A stretch of DNA of 64,000 nucleotides from a virus. Lineage: Duplodnaviria > Caudoviricetes. Shown piece by piece: positions 27,372 to 36,011 of the stretch (within the stretch, counting starts at the first letter, position 1; every line of letters begins with the position of its first letter). Position numbers and translations under genes: made by a program. Under the pieces are notes generated by a model. It was given only the letters and a program-made list of their open reading frames with translations, was not told where the DNA came from and searched no databases. The stretch is from IMG/VR virus record IMGVR_UViG_3300042885_001472; one strand, written 5' to 3'.

Positions 27372-27815
27372 ATGGAAAATAACAAACTAATAGCTGAGTT
27401 TATGGAAACCGTAGGAAATGTAGATTTCCATGATGGTAAAGGATTCGTTCCAATTTATTGGTATGAAGGAATAAATGGTGGTAAAACACCATACAAAGAA
27501 GATGAACTAGAATACCATAAATCATGGGACTGGTTAATACCAGTAGTAGAAAAGATTGAATCGCTAGATTTAAAGGAGTATGGATATAAGTGGGAAGGAA
27601 TAGATGGAGAAACTGAATATAACAATGGTTCTATTTGTGTTGAGATAGAACAAAATAGATGTTGGATTTATATGAATTTACAATTAGATCCATTTCATAC
27701 ATTTAATGAAAAAACACATAGACAAAAATTTGATACCAAAATAGAAGCAGTATATGCTGCTGTAGTAGAGTTTATTGAATACTATAACATACTAATAAAA
27801 AACCAAGACAAATGA
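27372..27815 (+). CDS. hypothetical phage protein
   Basis: NKLIAEFM..YHKSWDWLIPVVEKIE..AVYAAVVEFI pattern. Confidence 0.7.
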   Translation: MENNKLIAEFMETVGNVDFHDGKGFVPIYWYEGINGGKTPYKEDELEYHKSWDWLIPVVEKIESLDLKEYGYKWEGIDGETEYNNGSICVEIEQNRCWIYMNLQLDPFHTFNEKTHRQKFDTKIEAVYAAVVEFIEYYNILIKNQDK

Positions 27816-28228
27816 GAAAAATATACTTAGATGATGTAAGAACTCCAGAAGATCCTACCTGGACAGTAGTCCGAAATTATAACGAATTTACTGATGTAAT
27901 AGAAGAATTTGGTTTAGATACAATCGATCAAATCTCTTTAGATCACGATTTAGGTGATAGCGCAATGAAAGAGTACTTCAATAACGTACATCCTAATTAT
28001 TGTTTGAATTATGACAACATCACCGAAAAGACTGGTATGGATTGTGTTAAATGGTTGGTTGAGCTGTGTTTAGATAACAACCTCACTCTACCTTTAATAA
28101 CTGTACATTCAGCAAATCCTATAGGAAGTGCTAATATGATGGGTTACATCAATAACTTCTTTATGAATACAAAACGTCCTCAAAACTGCGTAAGAGTTAA
28201 AATTCCACATACAATAAAAAGAGACTAA
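27812..28228 (+). CDS. cyclic-phosphate-processing receiver (REC) domain protein
   Basis: IYLDDVRTP, ISLDHDLG, TGMD, VHSANPIG. Confidence 0.85.
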   Translation: MRKIYLDDVRTPEDPTWTVVRNYNEFTDVIEEFGLDTIDQISLDHDLGDSAMKEYFNNVHPNYCLNYDNITEKTGMDCVKWLVELCLDNNLTLPLITVHSANPIGSANMMGYINNFFMNTKRPQNCVRVKIPHTIKRD

Positions 28229-28229
28229 T

Positions 28230-28559
28230 ATGGAAGAAATAATTTTAGGGGGAGGTTACACTTGTAGCGTATGTGGTCAATACCAAAGAACCTCCGCTTT
28301 ATGTTATCATAATAATAATTTAATACCGGAAGATGTGGACATTGATAATACTAATACGGAACAAACAGCGATAGAATGGTTTACTGAAATAACAACACAA
28401 CTTGGTTACGTATCAACAGATATACTTGAACAAGCCAAAGAAATGGAAAAACAACATCTTTGTAAAATGTACATTCAAGGGAGAAAAGACAATCACTTAG
28501 ATTACTATCCAGAAAAACACGCTAACGAAACCTATAACGAAATGTTTAAAAAAGACTAA
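28230..28559 (+). CDS. hypothetical protein
   Basis: ORF track; N-terminal CxxC. Confidence 0.6.
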   Translation: MEEIILGGGYTCSVCGQYQRTSALCYHNNNLIPEDVDIDNTNTEQTAIEWFTEITTQLGYVSTDILEQAKEMEKQHLCKMYIQGRKDNHLDYYPEKHANETYNEMFKKD

Positions 28560-28560
28560 T

Positions 28561-28896
28561 ATGAAAACATACATATTAAATATGACACTCTCATCACCAA
28601 AAAACATTGAGGAAAGTGAAATCTTAGACAAATTAGTTCAATTTGCGGAAGATAATAATTACCTATTAGGAGGAGGACTTCAATTGGTGGATGAGATTAA
28701 TCCCAAAGACCATTGTAATTATAGTGGTTTACCTTCACCATCAGCTTACGATAAGACTAATATGGAAGAAGAAGTAATTTGTCCAAATTGTGATAATAAA
28801 GAAAATTTTCATTTTAATTATGATTATAATGATGTTAACTTACCAATTATAGATATATTATGTAATACATGTGGGACTTTTTTTAAAATAAATTAA
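28561..28896 (+). CDS. hypothetical protein, apparent fusion with a C-terminal Zn ribbon
   Basis: Internal MEEEVICPNC..CNTC after a repeated AGACTAATATG junction. Confidence 0.6.
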   Translation: MKTYILNMTLSSPKNIEESEILDKLVQFAEDNNYLLGGGLQLVDEINPKDHCNYSGLPSPSAYDKTNMEEEVICPNCDNKENFHFNYDYNDVNLPIIDILCNTCGTFFKIN

Positions 28897-28897
28897 T

Positions 28898-29104
28898 ATG
28901 GAAACAACGATGAAAAATCATTTAGAATGGTTAAAGGGTAGAATGGTGGTAACCCCACAAATGGAAGAGGAACTACTTGAACAAGAAAAACGACAGATTA
29001 TTGACGCTTATAGTCAAGGTTTAAATGATTGGATTACTACAGATATGAGTATCAAAACAATTAATAAAGTGTCAGAACAATATTATAACGAAACATTTAA
29101 ATAA
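28898..29104 (+). CDS. hypothetical protein
   Basis: ORF track. Confidence 0.6.
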   Translation: METTMKNHLEWLKGRMVVTPQMEEELLEQEKRQIIDAYSQGLNDWITTDMSIKTINKVSEQYYNETFK

Positions 29105-29111
29105 GATTAGT

Positions 29112-29357
29112 ATGGAAGATAAACCAAAATTAGAATCCGCGTCATTTGATTTTTCTCAAGGTGGTAATTGTGTATCAAGTAGTGATGAGGCTGAATTTTT
29201 AACTATACAATGTGAATCATCTTTAGGTATAGATCGGGATGGTGGGTGTTTTTTTATTTTAAAAACAGAAAAATGGTCAGTTGATTGTGAACAAGATTTA
29301 AAAGAACTATTTGATAGGATTAATACAATTGTTAAAAAAAATGAAAATGAAATATGA
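29112..29357 (+). CDS. hypothetical protein
   Basis: ORF track. Confidence 0.6.
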   Translation: MEDKPKLESASFDFSQGGNCVSSSDEAEFLTIQCESSLGIDRDGGCFFILKTEKWSVDCEQDLKELFDRINTIVKKNENEI

Positions 29358-29602
29358 AAAAAACTAAATTATCTTTAATCAATCACGAAGGAGATTGTCT
29401 TTGGGCGATACGTTCCGGTGATGATGTGGTTGTTTATGATCAATGGGAAGATCTTGTTGAGATTTTAAATGTAGAAAAATTCTGTTTATGGTTGGATGGT
29501 GAAACCGGCCTTACCGATTCACACGGAAAAACCTGGTACTGGACAAAAGAAAGTAGAGAGGCTAAACCAAGTATGTGGAAATTGATTAATTTTTTGAAAT
29601 AA
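29354..29602 (+). CDS. hypothetical protein
   Basis: ORF track. Confidence 0.6.
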   Translation: MKKTKLSLINHEGDCLWAIRSGDDVVVYDQWEDLVEILNVEKFCLWLDGETGLTDSHGKTWYWTKESREAKPSMWKLINFLK

Positions 29603-29604
29603 TT

Positions 29605-29635
29605 TTTGTTTTATAATTAATAATTCTTATATTTG
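29605..29635 (+). promoter_or_regulatory. consensus Bacteroidota housekeeping promoter
   Basis: TTTG (29605-29608)-N19-TATATTTG (29628-29635). Confidence 0.75.
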
Positions 29636-29639
29636 TAAA

Positions 29640-29813
29640 ATGAATAAAGAAAAAGAGTTTGAAGTTATGTATGATAAAATTGTTGAGGAATCTAAAGGAA
29701 ACTTAACAAATCAAGAATATAGGGAATTAATTACATTAGAATATGTTGTCAGTCAAGGTTATGATAAACCAGGTGATACTGAACGATATATGGAGTTAAG
29801 TAAAAGAAGATAA
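29640..29813 (+). CDS. hypothetical protein (57 aa)
   Basis: Manual translation MNKEKEFEVMYDKI.. Confidence 0.55.
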   Translation: MNKEKEFEVMYDKIVEESKGNLTNQEYRELITLEYVVSQGYDKPGDTERYMELSKRR

Positions 29814-29814
29814 G

Positions 29815-30240
29815 ATGAATAAAGACCAAGAAGAATTATTGGATGAGGTTTATGAATCTTTTATGTTACAAAATGGATTCAAATACGAAAATGGACTATT
29901 GGTGGGTAAAATTGGTGGATTAAATCAACTAAATGTCACTTATTGGTTAACAAAGGAAGTGTTCATCAATAAATGTAAAACTAACCCAGAGTTCTCTGAA
30001 ACGTTGGATCTAAAGATTGAAGAACGAGAGTTAACTTTTGAAGAGAGATGGGAATTATCAAAAAAATATGGATACATAAAAAGCGATTGTGAAATACCTT
30101 CACCAGATTCGGTTTATATGGGGATTAATGAGAGAGAAACAATGATTGGTATCTGGAATGATCCAATAGTAAATAGTAATATCCCAACAAAATTAATCAC
30201 AATAACATATAACGATAAAACAATAGAAAGTTGTGAATAA
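29815..30240 (+). CDS. hypothetical protein
   Basis: ORF track. Confidence 0.65.
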   Translation: MNKDQEELLDEVYESFMLQNGFKYENGLLVGKIGGLNQLNVTYWLTKEVFINKCKTNPEFSETLDLKIEERELTFEERWELSKKYGYIKSDCEIPSPDSVYMGINERETMIGIWNDPIVNSNIPTKLITITYNDKTIESCE

Positions 30241-30409
30241 AGAATTAATATCTAAATTATTAAGGGCGTCTCAAGAGATTGATAGAACACCTAAAGCTGA
30301 ATATATTCATCTTTCCGAAGACTTTATACAAAAACAAGCTGACGAAAAGAACATATCATTTGATGAAATGGTAAAGATTATTGAAAACGAACTAAACCCA
30401 AAAAAATAG
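30233..30409 (+). CDS. hypothetical protein (58 aa)
   Basis: Manual translation from GTG: (M)NKELISKLLRASQEI.. Confidence 0.5.
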   Translation: MNKELISKLLRASQEIDRTPKAEYIHLSEDFIQKQADEKNISFDEMVKIIENELNPKK

Positions 30410-30415
30410 AAAGTT

Positions 30416-30562
30416 ATGAATAAAGAAGAAGCAAAAGACGAGCTAATCAAAGTATTAGAATCTCAAGTAATGGACTTATCAATGATGTCTAAAATTGAAT
30501 TAGGTGATGATGTAATCGCTGAACTTAAACGATTAAAAGAGATTATAAATGAAAAGGTTTAA
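30416..30562 (+). CDS. hypothetical protein (48 aa)
   Basis: Manual translation MNKEEAKDELIKVLESQ.. Confidence 0.55.
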   Translation: MNKEEAKDELIKVLESQVMDLSMMSKIELGDDVIAELKRLKEIINEKV

Positions 30563-30692
30563 TGACTTGGATGTGAGAATTCAAATGTTAATCATAGTAG
30601 GGCCTTTGATTGCTCTTTTAATATTTTCACACTACCAACATAGAAATTACCCTTATTGGATGGAAACAAGATATGTAAAAGTTATAAAATGA
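30549..30692 (+). CDS. small membrane protein, copy 1 (47 aa)
   Basis: MKRFNDLDVRIQMLIIVGPLIALLIFSHYQHRNYPYWMETRYVKVIK; duplicated at 31836. Confidence 0.65.
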   Translation: MKRFNDLDVRIQMLIIVGPLIALLIFSHYQHRNYPYWMETRYVKVIK

Positions 30693-30886
30693 ACAGACTC
30701 ATTAAAACACAAGAAGAACTTGAAGTATATCAAAAAGAAGTTCGAAACAGACAATATGAAACAAATCCTGTAACGGTTAGTTTTAGTGATGATTGGGATA
30801 ATATGGAACCTTATAATTTTGATATTGAGTATATAAAAGTTACAAGAACCGATAATCACGAAATTATAGAACGAGTAAAATATTAA
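30689..30886 (+). CDS. hypothetical protein
   Basis: ORF-track frame; start moved to the ATGA overlap at 30689. Confidence 0.55.
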   Translation: MNRLIKTQEELEVYQKEVRNRQYETNPVTVSFSDDWDNMEPYNFDIEYIKVTRTDNHEIIERVKY

Positions 30887-30887
30887 A

Positions 30888-31292
30888 ATGAAAGTAATAC
30901 AAGTATATAAGCCATTACAAGATAGTAATACCGAGTTAGAAAAATTGGAACTTGTTGAGTATATTACAAAGACAGAGGATGATTTTAAAAATCCCGGTAC
31001 TATAACAACAAGTGTACATAAAAGAATCCCTTACTGGTGTGTTAAATCAGAAATGTTAAAACCAAATGAAACTTATCAAGAATGGTTAAAAAGAAAAAAA
31101 GAAGCTATTGAATACGCAAAAGAACATTCAACCTCAATTAAAGATGTTGAAGGAATTTATTTCTATGATATACAAGCAATAGGTCTAATAGTAGATGGAT
31201 GGGATGAAAATAATGAAATAAAAATATCTAAGGATAAATTTGGTATGATGGTTAGATATGATTACATTTATAGAGATAATTTAAAAAAATGA
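30888..31292 (+). CDS. hypothetical protein
   Basis: ORF track. Confidence 0.6.
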   Translation: MKVIQVYKPLQDSNTELEKLELVEYITKTEDDFKNPGTITTSVHKRIPYWCVKSEMLKPNETYQEWLKRKKEAIEYAKEHSTSIKDVEGIYFYDIQAIGLIVDGWDENNEIKISKDKFGMMVRYDYIYRDNLKK

Positions 31293-31453
31293 ACAAACTA
31301 GATAACACATATTCAATACCACTATATGAAAATGGTATTAAAACTGAATGGACTATAGATGGTATAGTTGGAGATGAAAAATATCAAAAATTAATATCAA
31401 CAGAAGGTAATCTACCTGTGTTAGTTAATGTTACTACAAAACAAGCAAAATGA
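31289..31453 (+). CDS. hypothetical protein (54 aa) with a thyA-like start MNKLDN
   Basis: Manual translation; ATGA overlaps at both ends. Confidence 0.6.
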   Translation: MNKLDNTYSIPLYENGIKTEWTIDGIVGDEKYQKLISTEGNLPVLVNVTTKQAK

Positions 31454-31596
31454 ACAACCTAGATAAACTGACAATAGATAAAGTGGATAAATTTCTTAAA
31501 GAATTGTCTGAGGCGAATGTTGGTATAAGAAGAAAGTTATTAGCTATGAAAAAATTTTTAGAGAAAGAAACTATATTATTAGATAAAAAATTGTAA
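31450..31596 (+). CDS. hypothetical protein (48 aa) with a thyA-like start MNNLDK
   Basis: Manual translation. Confidence 0.6.
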   Translation: MNNLDKLTIDKVDKFLKELSEANVGIRRKLLAMKKFLEKETILLDKKL

Positions 31597-31618
31597 TAAT
31601 GAACAACCTATATAAACA

Positions 31619-31849
31619 ATGAAAATCACATACGATAAAAGAACTTATAATATTGAAGATGGTGATAAGAAATATGAAGTTGTTCATATTGTAAAACACC
31701 CAAACAAAGAGTATGATACAGACACTTATTATTTCTATGAATATAGAGAAAGTGATATCCCAGATGCTTCTGGTACTTGGCATTTTGAACCATCTGAAGA
31801 ATTAGTAAATAAAATAAAAGATTATATTAGAGAATATGAAAAGGTTTAA
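31619..31849 (+). CDS. hypothetical protein
   Basis: ORF track; preceded by the 7-codon minigene MNNLYKQ (31599..31622). Confidence 0.6.
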   Translation: MKITYDKRTYNIEDGDKKYEVVHIVKHPNKEYDTDTYYFYEYRESDIPDASGTWHFEPSEELVNKIKDYIREYEKV

Positions 31850-31979
31850 TGACTTAGATGTGAGAATTCAAATGGTAATTATAGTACTACCTTTGATTGC
31901 TCTTTTTATATTTGCACACTACCAACATAGAAATGAACCTTATTGGATGGAAACAAGATACGTAAAAATTATAAAATGA
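31836..31979 (+). CDS. small membrane protein, copy 2 (47 aa)
   Basis: 12 mismatches in 144 nt versus 30549..30692. Confidence 0.65.
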   Translation: MKRFNDLDVRIQMVIIVLPLIALFIFAHYQHRNEPYWMETRYVKIIK

Positions 31980-32122
31980 ACAACCTAGATAAACACCTAT
32001 TACCAAAAGACATTGAACCTTTATTTGGACTTTAGGTGATATTTGAACTTAAAAAAATGTCAAAGAGTTATCAATCCAAAGTACTTAATGAAATTAAAAA
32101 CGGAATATATCCAAAAAAATGA
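31976..32122 (+). pseudogene. small ORF with an MNNLDK start, interrupted by an in-frame TAG
   Basis: TAG at 32033-32035; the frame then stays open to a TGA overlapping the next ATG. Confidence 0.45.
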
Positions 32123-32328
32123 ACAAACTAAATAAAGAACTAATAACACTAACAAAAAGTGATGTAATGTTTCTTATAGCAAGTGCTATGGGTTATGGAT
32201 GGAACGCGTCTGGTGGATATCGAGATGGAGAATTTGAAAAAATTCAAAAACGAAAAGAATTAGAAAAAGAAAATTTACTTAAATGGGCAACAACTATAAG
32301 TCAAAACAAATATGAACAACCTAGATAA
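32119..32328 (+). CDS. hypothetical protein with an MNKLNK start
   Basis: ORF track. Confidence 0.6.
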   Translation: MNKLNKELITLTKSDVMFLIASAMGYGWNASGGYRDGEFEKIQKRKELEKENLLKWATTISQNKYEQPR

Positions 32329-33523
32329 AAGTTACACAGACCTACTCCAAGACATCTTAGATAATGGAGTAACAAAAGATGACCGTACAGGTACAGGAAC
32401 AATCTCAGTATTCGGAAGACAAATACGTCATAAAATGAGTGATGGGTTTCCATTGATTACTACGAAACGAATTCCTTTTAGATTAGTGGTTACTGAACTT
32501 TTATGGTTCTTACGTGGTGATACTTCAATAGAGTATCTTTTAAAGAATGACTGCAATATATGGACAGGAGACGCTTATAAGAATTATATATTTAATTCAG
32601 AGTGGTTTCCAATTTCAAGTGTAACTGGTGGATTTATTGGAACTAAATCTGATAGTGATGAAATAATGACTCAAGATTTATTCATCAACAAAATCAAAAC
32701 AGATGATGAGTTTGCTAAGAAGTGGGGCGATTTAGGTCCTGTGTATGGTAAGCAATGGAGAAGTTGGGGTCCTATGATGAGAGATATTATTCCGTTAGAG
32801 ACTGGAGGATACGTCTATAAAGGACCAATAGACCAAATAGCAAACCTAATCAACGACCTTAAAACAAATCCTGATTCAAGACGCTTAATGGTTAACGCTT
32901 GGAATGTTGGCGAATTAGACCAAATGGTTCTTCCACCTTGTCATTATGGGTTCCAGCTTTACACAAGAGAGTTAACTGAACGTGAAAGAAATTCACATTC
33001 AATAGCATGTGATGTTAGAGGACAATTTCGTACAATGTTTTCCGAAGAAGAATTAAATGAATTTAATGTACCCAAAAGAGTAATCTCCCTAATGTTTAAT
33101 ATGAGAAGTACCGATGTTGGACTTGGCCTTGGATTCAATTTGGCCTCATACGGATTATTATTGATGATGATTGCTAAACAAGTTAATATGGTTCCTAACG
33201 AACTGATTTATAATGGAGGTGATGTACATTTATATTCAAATCATATTGAACAAGCAAAGGAACAGATTGGTAGAGAAATGAATCACGATGAAAAAGTTAA
33301 ATACGCTCGTTCATTGTATGGGGATAAAGATTGGTGGAATATCAATGATGATAGAGTTTTAGAGATATTACATTCTAACAAAAGAACAAGAGAACCATAT
33401 CCGTTACCAACAGTAAAATTATCTGATAGAGTTGTGAATGATATTTCAGAATATACTTTGGATGATATTGTTTTAGAAAATTATCAATCACATCCATCCA
33501 TAAAAATGCCGTTATCTAATTAA
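32312..33523 (+). CDS. thyA: thymidylate synthase ThyA with insertions
   Basis: DRTGTGT, ELLWFLRG, LGPVYGKQWR, PDSRR, LPPCH, RSTDVGLGLGFN, GDVHLYSNH. Confidence 0.97.
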   Translation: MNNLDKSYTDLLQDILDNGVTKDDRTGTGTISVFGRQIRHKMSDGFPLITTKRIPFRLVVTELLWFLRGDTSIEYLLKNDCNIWTGDAYKNYIFNSEWFPISSVTGGFIGTKSDSDEIMTQDLFINKIKTDDEFAKKWGDLGPVYGKQWRSWGPMMRDIIPLETGGYVYKGPIDQIANLINDLKTNPDSRRLMVNAWNVGELDQMVLPPCHYGFQLYTRELTERERNSHSIACDVRGQFRTMFSEEELNEFNVPKRVISLMFNMRSTDVGLGLGFNLASYGLLLMMIAKQVNMVPNELIYNGGDVHLYSNHIEQAKEQIGREMNHDEKVKYARSLYGDKDWWNINDDRVLEILHSNKRTREPYPLPTVKLSDRVVNDISEYTLDDIVLENYQSHPSIKMPLSN

Positions 33524-33578
33524 TTTTTTCAAAATTTCCGATACTTATATTAAAGGATAAACCTTAAAGTAAATCAAT

Positions 33579-34412
33579 ATGAAGAAGTTTTTAGTGTATG
33601 AAATCAAAAACAATATAAACGGTAAATCTTATATCGGGCAATATAGTGGATTATCATTTGAGAAATATTTTGGGAGTGGAAAGTTGATTAAGTTAGCAAT
33701 AAAAAAATACGGATTAGAAAATTTCTCTAAAACTATTTTAGAGGAGTGTTCTAATAAAGACGAGTTGAATGAAAAAGAAATTTTTTGGATTGATAAACTC
33801 AAAACAATTGAGAACGGTTATAATTTAACAGAAGGTGGCACTGGTGGAGACCTATCTGAATTTATTAAGTATGATGAGAGTTGGGTTGAAAACCAAAGAC
33901 TCTCAACAAAAAAGTATTGGGACAATATAAATGATGATGAAAGAAAAATAAGAAGTGAAAATGTGTTTGGTGAGAAAAATGGGATGTATGGTAAAGACGG
34001 ATTTTGGAAGGGTAAAAAAATACCTAAAGAAATCGTTAAAAAGTCATTAGATAATAGAAGAAGTTATAAAAAAGAACTGAACCCAAATTGGAAAGGGGGT
34101 TTAACTTACGTCTATTGTGAATGTGGTAAAAGAATAGGTTACGGACACACTCATTGTAATAAGTGTAGACACCGAAGTGAAAATAATAATCCATTCTTTG
34201 GTAAAAAACATACTGAAACATATAAGAAAAAATCGTCAGATAGAATGATGGGTGTTTATAATGGAAAAAAAAACATACCAATAATAATTGATGGTGTTGA
34301 GTTCAGGTCGGCAGGAGAGGCGTCAAAAGTTCTAAATATTCCTATGGTAACTATAAGGTGGAGAGTTAAAAGTAAAAATAAAAAATTTGACAATTACAAA
34401 TATAAAGATTAA
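33579..34412 (+). CDS. free-standing GIY-YIG homing endonuclease (Seg-like) with NUMOD3-type motifs
   Basis: VYEIKN..KSYIGQ..YFGSG..E..WI..GYNL; NGMYGK, NPFFGKKHTE; ATACTTAT late-motif variant at 33541. Confidence 0.9.
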   Translation: MKKFLVYEIKNNINGKSYIGQYSGLSFEKYFGSGKLIKLAIKKYGLENFSKTILEECSNKDELNEKEIFWIDKLKTIENGYNLTEGGTGGDLSEFIKYDESWVENQRLSTKKYWDNINDDERKIRSENVFGEKNGMYGKDGFWKGKKIPKEIVKKSLDNRRSYKKELNPNWKGGLTYVYCECGKRIGYGHTHCNKCRHRSENNNPFFGKKHTETYKKKSSDRMMGVYNGKKNIPIIIDGVEFRSAGEASKVLNIPMVTIRWRVKSKNKKFDNYKYKD

Positions 34413-34420
34413 ATTAATAT

Positions 34421-34630
34421 ATGATTAGATTAAAATTAGTAAATCCAGTTGGTGACATCATTAAAGATATTGAATTGTTAGAATGGACAGATATTGAAAG
34501 TTTCATAGCGAGTCATAGATTTATATTAGAATCTAATGATGGTTCAATATTTAATTATTCATCAAAAGAATGGATGGAATTACCCCCCTCTGAATCTCAC
34601 CCCACCATTAAACCCCCCCTATCTAATTAA
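34421..34630 (+). CDS. hypothetical protein ending in a copy of the ThyA C-terminus
   Basis: Ends ESHPTIKPPLSN versus ThyA QSHPSIKMPLSN. Confidence 0.65.
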   Translation: MIRLKLVNPVGDIIKDIELLEWTDIESFIASHRFILESNDGSIFNYSSKEWMELPPSESHPTIKPPLSN

Positions 34631-34642
34631 AAATATAAAATT

Positions 34643-34792
34643 ATGTGGAATATTGAAATGATAAAACAAGTAGATAACTATTATATAGTTATGACACCGG
34701 ATGGGGAAACTCATTGTATTGATAACACAACTTTTGAACTATTTAAAAAACAAAATAGAATTATTGGGGTTATTAATGAAGTTGACATTTAA
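34643..34792 (+). CDS. hypothetical protein (49 aa)
   Basis: Manual translation MWNIEMIKQVDNYYIVM.. Confidence 0.5.
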   Translation: MWNIEMIKQVDNYYIVMTPDGETHCIDNTTFELFKKQNRIIGVINEVDI

Positions 34793-34816
34793 AAATATTT
34801 TAACTATATTTATTTT

Positions 34817-35017
34817 ATGAAAGAAAGGATATTTGAATGGTTAAAAATTATATTATTTTTTATGGTCGCCATTTTAGTGATTGGATTTTTACAAAGTTTA
34901 GGTACTGAAGATCCCCACGAAATAACCATAGATGGTAAAAAATATATTCGATCAAAAGAATATGTTGGTGATGGTCATTATCAAATAATAATTACACCCA
35001 AAGATTCCACAAAATGA
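34817..35017 (+). CDS. small membrane-anchored protein
   Basis: N-terminal TM helix. Confidence 0.6.
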   Translation: MKERIFEWLKIILFFMVAILVIGFLQSLGTEDPHEITIDGKKYIRSKEYVGDGHYQIIITPKDSTK

Positions 35018-35322
35018 TAGAAGTTAAAATACAGTCTGATGTTGAATTATATTCATACTACGTTGTAAGGGATAACACTTTATTTAAGACAAAGAATTTA
35101 AATGATGTTAATGTGAATGAAGAGTTTTGTCATACATTCACCACACCATCAACACCCCCAGATGTAGCCTTATTAGTTGAAAGAAAAACTAATGAGACTA
35201 TTAAGTGGCTTAATTCTTATATTAAAGAAGTTATTAATATGGATTATTTAACTCCGGAAGGGATTAAAAATTTCTTATTGGGTATTGGTGAATTTAAAAA
35301 TTGGTGGGAAATAAAAAATTAA
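35014..35322 (+). CDS. hypothetical protein
   Basis: ORF track. Confidence 0.6.
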   Translation: MIEVKIQSDVELYSYYVVRDNTLFKTKNLNDVNVNEEFCHTFTTPSTPPDVALLVERKTNETIKWLNSYIKEVINMDYLTPEGIKNFLLGIGEFKNWWEIKN

Positions 35323-35333
35323 AAAATTAAATT

Positions 35334-35933
35334 ATGGAAGTAACATTTACAGATGGTTTTAGTAAATCATTAAAAAGATTGATTTGGCACGAAAGCCGAT
35401 TATATAAAACATATTCTTTATTTAGATATGATTTACCAAGATTTTTTGGTAATATTTGGAGATTTAGAAAAGGTCTATGGAATCATTACTGGTGGGATCA
35501 TCATGGTGTATTAAAATTTATGGACGCTGGTTTAACCCATATGGCGGATAATCTTGAAAAGAAAGGTCTTGAAATTGAGGGACCCAGAGAGAAGAAAGTT
35601 AAATCAATACGTAGAGCTGTTGAATTAATTAGAAATTATGATCAGGATCTTTATACCGATATGGCCGAAAAAGAACTTGGGGAACTAATTCACCATCCAT
35701 TTGAATTTGAAGATGTACCGGATAAACCTGGATTTAGTAGATTGGTTGATAATGATAATGAAGAAGAACGTGAACACAATAGTAAGGTCTATGAAAGAAG
35801 TCGTGATATCCAGGAGTCTGAATGGAATGAACTTTGGGATACATTAAAAGGTCAAGACTATAGAAAATTTGATTATGATAAAGAATGGTATGACCAATTT
35901 GATGGTACTGGGTTAAGAGGTTGGTGGGATTAA
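35334..35933 (+). CDS. hypothetical protein
   Basis: ORF track; ends GLRGWWD. Confidence 0.7.
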   Translation: MEVTFTDGFSKSLKRLIWHESRLYKTYSLFRYDLPRFFGNIWRFRKGLWNHYWWDHHGVLKFMDAGLTHMADNLEKKGLEIEGPREKKVKSIRRAVELIRNYDQDLYTDMAEKELGELIHHPFEFEDVPDKPGFSRLVDNDNEEEREHNSKVYERSRDIQESEWNELWDTLKGQDYRKFDYDKEWYDQFDGTGLRGWWD

Positions 35934-36011
35934 TATACCAACTTATTGTATAATAATAAATTATTTTAGTATCCTCATAGAAAAATCAATCTATGGGGAT
36001 ATTTATTTTAG

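Noticed and set aside
31289-32329. Start-repeat array as a CRISPR array or a classical integron
   Set aside because: Intervals are 140-380 nt coding ORFs of irregular length; there is no palindromic attC structure and no integrase in the window.
32312-34630. Group I intron in thyA containing the GIY-YIG gene
   Set aside because: ThyA is complete before the endonuclease, and the flanks (55 and 8 nt) leave no room for a ribozyme core.
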